From assembly GCF_006345805.1 (NCBI RefSeq), contig NC_043004.1:44516001-44580000 (forward strand): a stretch of 64,000 nucleotides of DNA. The letters are read 5' to 3'. A program made the position numbers and the translations under genes. Numbering within the stretch: the stretch's first letter is position 1; every line of letters begins with the position of its first letter. Source of the DNA: Octopus sinensis (lineage: Eukaryota). This document shows positions 14,326 through 26,899 of the stretch, one piece after another. The notes beneath the pieces are model-generated. The model saw nothing but the letters and a program-made list of their open reading frames with translations. It made no database searches and was not told the DNA's origin.

Positions 14326-14689
14326 GCAAATTTAAATTCAGATGAATATGGTATTTAAGTCAAAGGCACCAGAATTTTGTATGGTATTATCCATATAAAT
14401 CAAATGGGGTGATTATAATCAAAATAAGCAACAAGTATATCCGAGGTAGAGTAGTACAATTGTTTTATTCTACTTGATTTTATTAAACACTGTAAGTATT
14501 ACATCAGTTTTAAAATGTCGAGCAATCTTCAGCCACTTATAGAAATTTTCCAATCAAACGTAACAATGCACCTTCTTATCTCTATTTCATTTGCCAACAT
14601 TATAAAGAGGTTAGTTATATAGACACTTACATCTCATTTTAACAGATATATTTATCAAACATACATAGAAATATCTTGAAATACTAAAG

Positions 14690-15700
14690 ACTTATTGAAA
14701 AAAATCGCCATTAGCTTCAACCGCGGCTTTCACACTACTTCGGAAACTTCTGCAACACTTCCGGACGTTCTCCTTGTTTAAGATTGCTTAAAAGTTGTCA
14801 TAATCCTTGCCTTCAGTTTATCTTTGGTGTTACAAGGAGTTTTCTTAGTCCCTCGCTCAACTATGCACCTCACATAATCCTCAGGGAGGTTTCAGCCTGG
14901 AGAGTTAGGTGGCTAAATGTTAGGGCTGATGTGGTCGCTGAAATTTTCTGACAGTCATGAATGGGTTCTACTGCATGTGTGGCATGGTGTAGAGTCCTGT
15001 TGCCAGACATAGGGTCTTCCAGAAGACCCCTGCCACCCATTGACCCATGGCAGCACTACCTCCTCCAGGCACTCAGCTTCGGATGGCATAACGTCGCCAT
15101 CACTAGCGATCACTCCAAGCACAATGATGTTGACTGAATGTTTGATTCTTATCACTCTCAGTACATGGTTTTTGGAACACGGCAACCCAACGGTCGTTCT
15201 GTGTGTTCACTATCTGATCTTGGCAGAAATGTTTCTTTTCTGAGAAAAACCAAAACACGTTCGATTGGAGTGAATACTTGAGGTTCTTCAAAAGCTACGT
15301 AGTGCCGTCTTTCTTCTTGTCCTTGATGACTTGGGATAAATATTGGTCCTTTCTCATCTTGTATGATGAATACTGAATGGCTTCATGCACTAACTGCATG
15401 ATAATAAACTTAAACACTCCATGCCTAGGGCAGTGGACCTGACTGACTTGGAGGGATCGTTATTAACCATGGCCTGGATATTACCAACAAATTCAGAAGT
15501 TCTTTTCTTATCAGAAGGATCAGAGTAAGTTTTCAGAGTTTTGAGAGTGAGTTTTCCGAGCTTCGTAATCACCATTAGACTTATCCAACTCCTACGGGAT
15601 TCTCTGCACTGTTCTCAGATTGACACACAAACACTCTGAAATGTTCGTATTAGAATTTCCAGCAAGAATCTGAAGAAGTACAACATATAGTTTTTAAAAT
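14690..15700 (-). pseudogene. Mariner-superfamily (DD37D/maT-like) transposase pseudogene
   Basis: FS(E)KKHFCQDQIVNTQNDRW, KHSVNIIVLGVIASDG, WQQDSTPCHT and I*PPNSPG*NLPEDY motifs across frames; stops and frameshifts; TIRs not located. Confidence 0.85.
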
Positions 15701-15966
15701 TTTGGCAGAGTGAATTGCATCAAGATGCTGTTATGTTTTTCTTTTCTTACAGACGGTGCCCTACTATAATGTTTAGTCGACAAAATCGAAAACATACAAT
15801 GCGCATAACCGAAATTAAAAGTATAAAATGGCGACAATTTACCCATCGCACACTGTATATGTACACACATATATGTGTGAGTATGTTTACAAGCATAAAT
15901 ATGTGCGTAAACTCACACACATTCCCACATACACATTCATAGACACACACTTACATACACATACAC

Positions 15967-15997
<31 letters not shown>

Positions 15998-17132
15998 GCA
16001 TGTATGTGTGTATATATATACATATTTATATTTTGTGTTAGTATGTATGTTTATGCGTTTGAGAGTGAGTATGCGTTTGTTTTCCGCTGTCTGTATCGCG
16101 AAACAGATTTTCACAGCACGTCTGAAAGGAACCCCGCTATTTGAGCATATGTCATGATGTCTGATAAATCAAAGGATATGTAGATATATTAACATATTTG
16201 GTATGATAAATTGGTGTGTAATAACAACGAAATATATATATATTGAGATATCGATCTGAAATATTTCTTCAGAGATCTTCACAGCATTCGTAATTTGATG
16301 GAAATATATGATTTAATAAGATAAATATACGCAAACAAACGCCTACGCGCACCAGCGGTAACGCACATATGTACGCACATTCGCTGTTATATATGTATGT
16401 CTAAGCGGAAGATATAATGTATTCAAGCTATCACCTGATATATGCTGAGTTCAATATCATTACAGACATTTAATCTTGTATTTACGCCACCCTACCCCGA
16501 CATGATTGTGCCGTGGTAATTTTGGAGGCACCTATTATCGGCAAATGAATGCGAGGTCCATTTTGCTTCTAATGATTGATAGCCATATTATTCGATTGCT
16601 GTATGAAATAGTTTACTTTTATAATTAAATATCATTCGTATTGTGTTACTCGATCTGCAAGCGAATTATATATGCGCGCGTGTGTGTGTGTGTGCGGGTG
16701 GGTAGATAGGTGGGTGTCACACACACTCTTTTTTTTTCTATTTAAGACTTAATCTGAGTGTGAGAATAATACATGCACTTTGAAAGGCCTTTTGTCCCTT
16801 GCTGTTTTTCAGCCAAGGGATAAGCATAAGTAACTGTGCAAAACCACGGTGATGCTCCAACATGACCGCAGCCTCATGGCTGTAACGAATAAGAGAATAC
16901 CAGAAACAAGAACAAATGATATATAATATATATATATATATATATATAATATATATTATATATATATATTATATATATGTGTGGGTTGTGTATATAATAT
17001 ATATATATATATATATGTATATGTATATATATATATGTGTGTGTGTATATATATATATATATATAGTATATGTATATATATATATGTGTGTGTGTATATA
17101 TATATATTGTATATGTAGAATATATATATATA

Positions 17133-17165
<33 letters not shown>

Positions 17166-17344
17166 GAATGAGAAATAGAATCGATGTACACCTAAGGATT
17201 TCAAACGTTATCCAGGTTTAAAGGTGATCCACGAATCCAGTACACTAAGTAATTGTCGGAAACACATACATACACACACACATATATATAAATATATAAG
17301 TATATATATGCATATATAGGTATATATATGTATGTATATATATA

Positions 17345-18530
17345 GATGGGTTGGACAAAATAACGGAAACATCTAGCTTCATAGCATCATAATTTTAAAA
17401 TATCTATAATCCGTCAAAAGCTTATTTACTTCTCATGTTTTTTTATTTATTATTTGTGTTACTAAAATTGCTGTTTCCATTCGCATATCAGGAGAAAAAG
17501 GTATTTAAAATTCATTAAAATGACAGATCTATCGAACTTTCAAAGAGATCAAATTGTTGGTGCTCATATGGTAGGCGCTAGCGTAACGAAAACAGCTAAA
17601 ATGTTAGGTGTATCAAGAACTACTGTCTCGAAAGTAATAACATCCTTTGAGAAAGAGAAAAATCTCCTCATCGAAACAAAACTCAGGAAGAAAATCAAAA
17701 ATTTGAGATGGGGACCCTCGGACTCTTACACCAATTAATAGAAAGGGGCATATAAGTACAGCTCGCAAAATTACTGCATGTTTAATGACCACCTCGAGAA
17801 CCCAGTTTCCACAAAACCTATCCGCCGGAAGCTGCACAAAGCCGGATCTCACGGAAGAGCTGCAAGCATAAAACCACCACTTTCAAAAATAAACGTTCCA
17901 AAGCGTTTAGAGGGGAGTAAAAACCTACAGAATTGGTCCCTAGAGCAGTGGAAGAATATTATTTTCTCTGACGCGTCATCATTTACCTTATATCCGACTA
18001 CCGGCCAAGTATGCGTATGGAGACAGCCAAAAGACGCATTTCACCCAGACTGCCTTCTTCCAACTGTTAAAGATGGAGGAGGGTCTGTAATGACAGAATT
18101 AACAATGAGGCCTATTTAAGCATTTTATCTGATCAAATTCATCGTATGGTTAGGGAACTGTTTCTGGAGGGAAACGCAATCTTTCAGGATGATAATGCAC
18201 CAATTCACACAGCTAAAGTTGTTACTGAATGCCACGAGGAATATTCTAGTGAAGTCGAACATCGTATCTTGTCACCACAGTTCCCAGATCTCAATATTAG
18301 ATCTCTGCGTTTTAGAAAATCAAGTAAACAGTCGATATCCTCCACAATCATCACTGCAAGAACTGGAGACTGAAGAATGGACAAAACTTCCTTTGGAAAC
18401 AATTCAAACTTTGTACGAATCCATAGCTCGTAGAATTCAAGCTGTAATTACTGCCAAAGGCGGTCCTGCCCCATATTAAAATAAACTTGTTTGAAATTTT
18501 AAGTTGTTCCCTTTATTTTGGCCAATCCTG
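17345..18530 (+). mobile_element. Tc1-family DNA transposon, complete ends, pseudogenised transposase
   Basis: Imperfect TIRs gggttggacaaaataacgga / ccctttattttggccaatcctg flanked by TA; HTH region MTDLSNFQRDQIVG, IFSD, GGGSVM, QDDNAPIHT, PDLNI and the terminal AVITAKGG; frameshifts and an internal deletion near 18090. Confidence 0.92.
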
Positions 18531-18568
18531 TATATATTATTCGGATGTGTACATACATACATATATAC

Positions 18569-18658
<90 letters not shown>

Positions 18659-18695
18659 ATATATACATATATATATATATGTATATATATATATA

Positions 18696-19115
18696 GGCGC
18701 AGGAGTGGCTGTGTGGTAAGTAGCTTGCTTACGAACCACATGGTTCTGGGTTCAGTCCCACTGCATGGCACCTTGGGCAAGTGTCTTCTACTATAGCCTC
18801 GGGCCGACCAAAGCCTTGAGAGTGGATTTGGTACACGGAAACTGAAAGAAGCCCGTCGTATATATGTATGTATATATATATATATATATTATATATATGC
18901 GTGTGTGTGTTTGTGTATCTGTGTTTGTCCCCCAAGCATTGCTTGACAATCGATGCTGGTTTGTTTATGTCCCCGTTACTTAGCAGTTCGGCAAAAGAGA
19001 CCGATAGAATAAGTACTGGGCTTACAAAAAATAAGTCCCGGGGTCGAGTTGCTCGATTAAAAGCGTGCTCCAGCACGGCGGCAGTCAAATGACTGAAACA
19101 AGTAAAAGAGCAAAA

Positions 19116-19117
<2 letters not shown>
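18696..19117 (+). mobile_element. Full-length SINE head type A
   Basis: A box tggctgtgtgg, B box ggttcagtccc, CORE-like ccttgggcaagtgtctt, internal TA/TG microsatellite and (gtaaaaga)n tail; near-identical to 47490-47896 and 59622-60060. Confidence 0.92.
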
Positions 19118-19157
<40 letters not shown>

Positions 19158-19382
19158 TATATATATAATATATATAATATATGCAAAGGTGTACGATTGT
19201 ATATGTCGAACGAATGAGTGCTCACTGCAGTACAGGGCGTGGTTTTTCTGAAAATGAAACTGAGCGTTTGTTTTAGAGACTCGAGTTCACGCCATTACAA
19301 TATCTTTGCTACTTATATAGATATGTATGTATGTATGTGTTTATGTTAGTATGTATATTTAACCAATTATTATATATGTGTG

Positions 19383-19421
<39 letters not shown>

Positions 19422-19566
19422 TTGTGTGTGTGTTATATATATATATTATATATATATATAATATATATATATAATATATATATATATATACATACATGCT
19501 TCTACATATATATATATATGTATGCATGTGTATATATATATATATATAATATATAATATATATATG

Positions 19567-19745
19567 GTTAATCCAAACATGAAAACACAAAGAGAAAACA
19601 CATGAAAACACAACAACGCGAGCAAGTGGAACAAATATAGTGTTATTGGACGCTAAGGAAAGAAGGAGGGTTTAACGTTTTGAACGGAGCTCTTCGTCAG
19701 AAACATACGAAAAGGAAAGATCCAAAGAAGAGAAGACGGAGGGAA
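19567..19745 (-). mobile_element. Hammerhead-bearing mini-element, family H1
   Basis: Homologous to 32690-32866, 43248-43410 and 48623-48792; 3' end ggattaac abuts (TA)n. Confidence 0.85.
19670..19704 (-). ncRNA. Minimal type I hammerhead motif (G12A, probably dead)
   Basis: GUUU-CUGACGA-A-GAGC-UCC-GUUC-AAAA-C-GUU-AAAC: stems I and II pair, but GAAA reads AAAA. Confidence 0.7.
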
Positions 19746-19802
19746 AAAAACGCCAACAGTACACACGCGGTCAAATACATACACACACACACACACACAG
19801 AG

Positions 19803-19839
<37 letters not shown>

Positions 19840-19904
19840 ATATATATATAAACACGAGTGCTACAGACTACCGACCAAATCTGTGACTGGTGCAAAGTCC
19901 TATC

Positions 19905-20488
19905 AAGACCTAATGGAACGATGCGGTTGACAAGGTCATTAGAGCTAAGAAACAGGCCTGGAAGGATAGGAGTAGCAGGGAACTGTATCAGATTGCATGA
20001 AGGGATCCTAGGAACCACTGTTGCTATATTTCCGGTAAGGCAGCCGTAGAAGAAATGCATAGTCTAAGATAAATCTCTGTACTTAGCCCTTGTTAAGTTG
20101 GAGAACGCCTTTGACAAGGTCACCCGATCCCTTATCTTGTTGTCAATACAAATACTAGGGATAGACGAGTGGTTGGTGAGAGCTGTACAGGTATGCTACC
20201 AGTAAGGTGAGATTTGGCAATGAGTACAGCGAATAATTCAGGGTACAAGCAGGAATTGGTTCTGAGCCCGCTCTTGTTCATCATAGTCCTCCAGGCAATA
20301 ACAGAAGAATACAAGAGAAGCTGCTCTTATAGCTGAATCACTATCTGAACTAGAAAAGTTCCAGTTATGGAAGCTAGGTCTAGAATTAAAGGGCCTTAGA
20401 GTTAACATAGCAAAACCCAATATCTTAGTAAGTAAGAAGCAGACAAATCACAAAGCCCTACAGCTAGATGGCCCTGCTCGATCTGTAG
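19905..20488 (+). mobile_element. RTE-clade LINE RT fragment
   Basis: WNDAVDKVIRAKKQAWKD, LENAFDKVTRSL, GIDEWLVRAVQ, VLSPLLFIIVLQAITEE and GLELKGLRVN across frames; runs into the N gap. Confidence 0.85.
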
Positions 20489-20588
20489 NNNNNNNNNNNN
20501 NNNNNNNNNNNNNNNNNNNNNNNNNNNNNNNNNNNNNNNNNNNNNNNNNNNNNNNNNNNNNNNNNNNNNNNNNNNNNNNNNNNNNNNN
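20489..20588. other. Assembly gap (100 N)
   Basis: Direct reading. Confidence 1.
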
Positions 20589-21412
20589 CAGCTTCTCCAT
20601 GCTTGTTTGAACAACCACAGGCTAGTTTTGGGGTATTTGCCCCTTATCAATGCGGAGTAGCGCAACACAGCAGGCGTCACTGTTTACTCTTCCTATTCTT
20701 CTGGACTGCCATGTTACCTTGGCGATAACTACCCAGTACTGCTACCGTAGTCGTCTTTAGAGAGATTTAGAAAAAATAATATTTCTATTTTTGAAAACCA
20801 GTGGATGTCTTCCACTGAATATATATAAACCCAGTTTATCCAAATTCTCCTTACGCATTTATAACAGAATCTAGTGCCCCAATTATAATTGATATGAATA
20901 TGAATTCATTATCTGAATATAGAAGCTGGAGGTTTCGAGGCAGTTGTCCATAGATATCCTCTTTGCCTTTGATTTTTCAATGAGATATTTATATCTGCAG
21001 GGCGGCTAACCTCTGTGATGGTACATACCTTTGCTGCTCTGTGCCAAACAATAGCCGGCCTGTTATGCTTACATTTGAGAGAGGTTTTGATAGGAATATT
21101 CCACCAGTATTCCTTGAGTTGCTGTTTATGAATCTTAACAGATATATTTTCTAAGTTTATTTTAGGACAGTATTTTTCGCGGATTGCATAGTAAATTGTT
21201 TTAGCAACAACATCGTGCCGCATAGGGAAGTAATACCGTGACGAAATTTTAGAACAGCTGCTAATAACATGCATGGAGTCTTCCACAGAAACATGACATA
21301 GCCTAAACATGTAGTTGTAACTTGTGATTACAAGAGCATCACTGTCTCTCTTGTTCGCTAGGTATTTGTGTGGCAATCTCCTCTTCCTGAATTGCAAATG
21401 CATAACCTTCAA
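20589..21412 (-). mobile_element. R4/Dong-like non-LTR retrotransposon 3' fragment (CCHC and restriction-like endonuclease)
   Basis: RLCHVSVEDSMHVISSC, RHDVVAKTIY, YWWNIPIKT, HNRPAIV...EVSRPAD and IIIGAL, then a 3' UTR up to the gap. Confidence 0.8.
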
Positions 21413-21462
21413 AGTATGACTATGTATGTATGTATGTATGTATGTATGTACGTATCAATCAA

Positions 21463-21556
21463 TCTCTCTCTATATATACATTATATGTTATATTTTTCGT
21501 ATTAAATATCTGTATATATATATCATATTATATATATATATAATATATATATATAT

Positions 21557-21593
<37 letters not shown>

Positions 21594-21731
21594 TAGTATG
21601 ATAGAAAGCTAACTCTTCCTTCCGTACAGAAAAAAATTCAAATCGGACAATGTTAACACCAAAAATTGTTTACATGAAAAAGGTGCCTTTTTTCCCATGA
21701 AAATCCCTTTTTCGCCGGGCGATACTGCTAG
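21463..21731 (+). mobile_element. Short non-autonomous Helitron-like element
   Basis: 5' a|tctctctctatata and 3' cgccgggcgatactgctag|t match the termini of 11731-12319; the interior differs and the 5' arm of the hairpin is missing. Confidence 0.6.
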
Positions 21732-21733
21732 TA

Positions 21734-22015
21734 TGTATATAAATTAGAGAAAAACCACCATGTAGTAATTCAACAATGATATACTAAAATCGTACCATGT
21801 AGAAAGAAATTAACGATACGATAAGACATTTACCTAGAACTAAATTACGTACGAAATAATAATAAACAGTCTATTTACTAATTATATAACTTTTATAATT
21901 TAGTGCTTAATTTAGTTCCAGGTAAATGTTTTATCGTATCTTTTTTTTATATGGTATGATTTAAGTATATCATTGTTGAATTGCTACATGGTGGTTCTTC
22001 TCTAATTTATATACA
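21734..22015. mobile_element. Foldback/MITE with ~110-bp inverted arms
   Basis: 21734-21846 is the imperfect reverse complement of 21909-22015; ~60-bp AT-rich spacer. Confidence 0.85.
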
Positions 22016-22071
22016 TACATGCATACATACACACACACACACACATATATATACATATATATATATATAAG

Positions 22072-22201
22072 CCGTTTTTTAACGTATATAAGGAACCCCC
22101 CAATTTGGGGGGATTGAAATGTTGAAAAAATATTTTGCAAGGGATTATATTACTATCAATGTATAAGAAACCCACGATTCTTTATAGATGTTAAAGAGCG
22201 G
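22072..22201. mobile_element. Possible 130-bp MITE
   Basis: ccgttttttaacgtatataaggaa vs reverse complement ccgctctttaacatctataaagaa (about 19/24); TA-rich flanks. Confidence 0.4.
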
Positions 22202-23640
22202 TATACGTGTGTATCTGTATCCAAGAATATGTATGTATGTATGTATGTATATATACCTATATATATATATGTGTGTGTGTGTTTGTATGTATGAATGGAT
22301 ATACATATGTATATATGCTGCAAATTTTTGTTAAGTGTGTATTAATCCACAAGTTTAAACATTCTGCATACATTCTTAAGCTATAAAATAATTTATAATA
22401 TGGCTGTGTTCACTCGACTGTTTTAATATTCACTTATATACAGAAATGGGGATAATATATACATTTACTACTTTATGTATGGTTGTATGTATAATCATAT
22501 TCTCCTTTATTTAGGTATTTAGACATTGAGAGTATTGTGTGTATATAAGTTTATTTATTCTGTGTTTGATTATGTATGTGTGGCTGTGGGATCGTTTACA
22601 CACACATTCATAAACAGACATACATACACTTATCTATGTATAAATGTAAGTTCATACATGTGTGTGTTTCTGTGTGTGCGCGTGTGAAAACGCGTGTGTG
22701 CAATATTAATAGATTTCTCTCGTAATTTACTCCTTATTAACTATTTTCAAAGAAGATATGAAAATAGAGCTTTTTAATTTTATTCTATTATTAATATTTA
22801 CTAATTTCATCTTCTATTTATGTATTTGGTTGCTAGTCGTTCGTTTATATAAGGCTTACTTTAAATTCTCTGTATCTTTATTTTTCTTCTTTTTCTTTCA
22901 TACTGGGTAATAGCTTGGAATTTCGTATAATTTATGCCTTAATATTTTTTCTTTCAAGGTAGCTACCTTTGAAGTTTAATATCTTTGCTAAATTTTCGTT
23001 CGTTCATTTTTTCTGAACCTGCTGCATAACATCACGTTGCTTTTAATAATTTTTTTTTTTTGTGTGTGCTGGAAACTGGTTGCCACTCGAATAGTATGCG
23101 TAGCCTTGTCTAGTAAACTTTAATATGAAAGGCATTTAATTTCGTTGATGTTTTGTAACTCCTCAACTTTCCCTCACTTTCGAATTTCTCTGTTTGAATC
23201 CGCAATTTCCTAGCTGGTCATCAATCACACAAATCACCGCCGTTACAATATAAATCTCTCAAAATGTATGCATTTTGAAAGACTAGTTGGAGACGGCTTT
23301 TGATTCACTGTTTAATTTTCAACCATCTTCAAAAGACATTGATTTTTATGTATTTTTATTTTCAAAAGGCGGCATCTTTTGTATGGCATAGCCATGTTGT
23401 GATTTATTTATTCTTGTTTTGTTTTGATCCTCATATAAAATGTTGTTAATTTTTAATACATATTCATTCCTAATTTTAAAAGTATATATATCAAAAATTG
23501 TATCGTTCTAAACTATTATTTCTTTCATAAATCAAATATATTTTACATATATACTATAGCAAGTCATTTTCTTGCAAGCATTACGCGATATAGAATTGTG
23601 AATGTAACAATCTTTTATGAATATTTTAAATATATATACA

Positions 23641-23798
23641 CAGAGGTGGCTGTGTGGTAAGAAGCTTTCTTCCAGGTTCAGACACATTCCCATGCACTTT
23701 TCGCAACTGTCTTTTATTATAGCTTTGGGACTACCAAGGCCTTCTGAACGAATTTTGTTAATGGAAACTGAAGGACGACCGTCGTGTGTGTATGTGTG

Positions 23799-23844
<46 letters not shown>

Positions 23845-23868
23845 CTTTGTTTGTCCCCCGTCAATGCT
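23641..23868 (+). mobile_element. SINE head type A, 3'-truncated and diverged
   Basis: gtggctgtgtggtaagaagc...ggaaactgaaggacgaccgtcg followed by (TG)n. Confidence 0.8.
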
Positions 23869-23959
23869 TTACACATATACATATATATAATCCTCTTTTA
23901 TCCCTTAATTGTTTCGAATGAATCTATCTCAATGCTTATTTTTTGAAGCCTGCCACTCT

Positions 23960-24294
23960 ATCGGTCTCTGTTGCCAAACTGCTTAGTTACGGGGACGTAA
24001 ACACACCACCATCGGTTGTCAATCGATGTTGGGGGCACAAACACAGACACACAAACATACACACACACACACACATACATACATACATACATACATACAT
24101 AGAACGGGCTTCTTTCAGTTTCCGTCAACTAAATCTACTCACAAGGATTTGGTCGGCCCGAGGCTATAGTAGAAGGTAATTGCCCAAGGTGCCACGCAGT
24201 GGGAATGAACACGGAACTATGTGGTGTGTAAGCAATGAACACGGAACTATGTGATGTGTGAGCAATCTACTTACCACACAGCCACTCCTGCGCC
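23960..24294 (-). mobile_element. SINE head type A with a 30-bp tandem duplication in the head
   Basis: Reverse complement aligns with 59622-59950; aatgaacacggaactatgtg...agc occurs twice at 24205-24264. Confidence 0.88.
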
Positions 24295-25459
24295 TAAAAT
24301 GTATTTATTTATTTATATTTATATTTATAATAGCATTGATGTGTGTGCGTACATACATGTATATGTAGCTTGTACTCATTCTCATCATTTCGTCATCAGA
24401 TTACGGTCATGTTGGGGTATCAACTTATATTTACAAATTTGCACGTACGCGAGCGTTCCCACGTACAAAGAGTAAGGAAAATGCAGTTCGTTGCAAAAAT
24501 ACCAGAGCTCATGTTAAGGGCTCAACAATTTTGATTTCCTTATATGTTACCTCACATATTCCATATATTTATCCCGACATCCCTTATAGATTTGAGTAAC
24601 GTCAGGAGACGATTACAAACGTTCCCACATGGCAGTCTACAGTGATTCCTTGTTAAGGGATTTCTTTTAAAGTGGAACCATTTGTAGCTGTGTTGACCTC
24701 AAAATAAATATTTAACCATACCAGTGCAGTGTCGACAAGTCATTCTCACTGTTCGACATGTGCGTACATATTTATTCACATATGCACACAAACAGGTATC
24801 TTCTCCCTTCTTCATCTAACCCTACTCCTCTCCCCTTCTTCCTCTCACACCTACTTCCTGCTACCAACTTCTCCTCTCTTGCTCTGAAACCTACCTCTCC
24901 TCTTCCTCTCACACCTACTCCCTCCCACCCACCTTACCTATCCTCTCTTCATTTCTACCCACGTTCTTCCTTCCCCCTCTCCCTTCATCGTCTCATCTCC
25001 CTCGTTACCCCAACCCTACACATTCCAACCCCACCATCCCTATACATCCCATCCCACTACCACCCTACCCCACACATTCTACTCCTACACCCCCCACACT
25101 TCCTCACAAAACACCCACGTACCCCACCCCTACCACCACCCTCACCCCCAACCTACACCCCGCCCTTGCTTCCCCCACTCTCGCCTCTCCCATACCACAC
25201 AACACATCACCACATCACACAACACCATACCACACCACACCATATCACACCACCCTGTACACACTTCCCAGAACCCACCCCATCATCCACACATTTACAC
25301 ATTCACGTACGTACATGTCAAGGTCACCAGCTCCCATCCAAACGGACATGCACGCTCTCACATACATACGCGTGTGCAACCTCGTTTGGGGATCACCACT
25401 ACTTTATTATCTCCACTTCTTCCTAGCTCTCCCGTCTGACCCCTCCATCTGGGATTCTC

Positions 25460-25643
25460 CATGATAGATCGCTAGCCACTAAACCTGTTTTATTTTCTCT
25501 CTCTCTTTATTTCTGTGTTCCTTTCTGAGGAAGAGCGTCGACTTGAAACGTGAAAGACTTTCTTACTTCCCGAGCGTTAAACTAATATATCTGTTTGTTG
25601 CTTACACACACGTCTTCGTCTTTTGATTTATGTAAATTCTCAC
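25460..25643 (+). mobile_element. Hammerhead-bearing mini-element, family H2
   Basis: Homologous to 26034-26267 and 31925-32108; starts catgatagatcg and ends gtaaattctc. Confidence 0.85.
25521..25556 (+). ncRNA. Minimal type I hammerhead motif (decayed)
   Basis: CUUU-CUGAGGA-A-GAGC-GUCG-ACUU-GAAA-C-GUG-AAAG: canonical core, stem I pairs, stem II damaged, non-cleavable GUG triplet. Confidence 0.7.
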
Positions 25644-26033
25644 TATATAAATAGATGTGTCTATGTGTGTGTATGTATGTATGCATTATAAAAGCGTGTG
25701 CGTATACCTTAAAATACCCAGTACTATTAGATGCGTAAACGTGTGTCTACTAATCTACATAAAGATACTTAGGCTTTGTTTTCCCTTTGTATATATGTAT
25801 AGGCATGCATGTATGTATGTATGTGTATAAATATATATATACACACATGAGAATAAGGGTGTATATATGTGCGTGTTTCGTATGTATGTGCGCATGCGCA
25901 ATTCTATATACGTCTTCGAATATCAAAAGAATAATAACATGTGAATGAAGTCGTATTTACATTAACAGTCAGATTCACGGCTATATACACAGACAGATAG
26001 ACAGACAAACAGACAGACAGACAGATAGATCGC

Positions 26034-26267
26034 CATGATAGATCGTTAGCCACTACACACATTTTTTCCTCTCCTTGTTTTCTCTCCTTTTTTTCTCTCT
26101 TTTTCTTTCCTCCTTTTTTCTCTCCTTGTTTCTCTCCTTGTTTTTTCTGTGTCCCTTTCTCGAAACGCAAAAGTCTTTTTTCTATTCCTGAGCGTTATAC
26201 TAATACATCTGTTTGTCTTGTACACCACCTGTCTTCCTCTTTTGTTTTTGTTTCGTAAACTCTCCCC
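26034..26267 (+). mobile_element. Mini-element family H2 with deleted ribozyme core
   Basis: ctttct|cgaaacgc junction at 26160/26161 lacks the core and stem II segment; followed by (GATA)n. Confidence 0.85.
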
Positions 26268-26379
<112 letters not shown>

Positions 26380-26899
26380 TAAATCAGATCACATAAAATA
26401 AAACATGATTCTCTGTTAATACAACTTACAAGTATCGCCACGCAAATATTCCAGCTGAAGCGATAGATCTCATAGAGCATATTCTTTGTATCAAAGGTTA
26501 AGTTTCAGAAAATATCGCAATATCGTAAATCTATCAAATCTATGGGAGCTGCTTGTTGCACGCGAAATTCTTAAACCGAAAATAGCTTTAACATATGCGA
26601 GCTTACGTAAGTGTTGTAGGCGCTTCTTTTCTCCAGAAGTTCATACACCAGACCACCACAACGATCTATTACTCGATTACTTTGAAGATATTACATTGGC
26701 GATTATCGAACGGGGAGGGACTGGACGAAGTGTTGTTGCTTTGTTGCAGCTAAAAATATTAAAATAAATGTAGGACTTGCAAGGAAATATGTCTAACGTG
26801 TACAAACAATTTTCATGAATAATACATGCATTTTTAAGTAGGAGAAATTTTTAAGTAGGCGAGGTGACAATAAATTAAGACAAAGACATGATATCATAT

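Noticed and set aside
22880-23460. Possible mariner transposase remnant on the minus strand
   Set aside because: Only vague similarity; no diagnostic motif could be read.
24758-25426. 222-aa Pro/His/Thr-rich ORF
   Set aside because: Low-complexity C/A-rich strand with no domain; stop-poor by composition.
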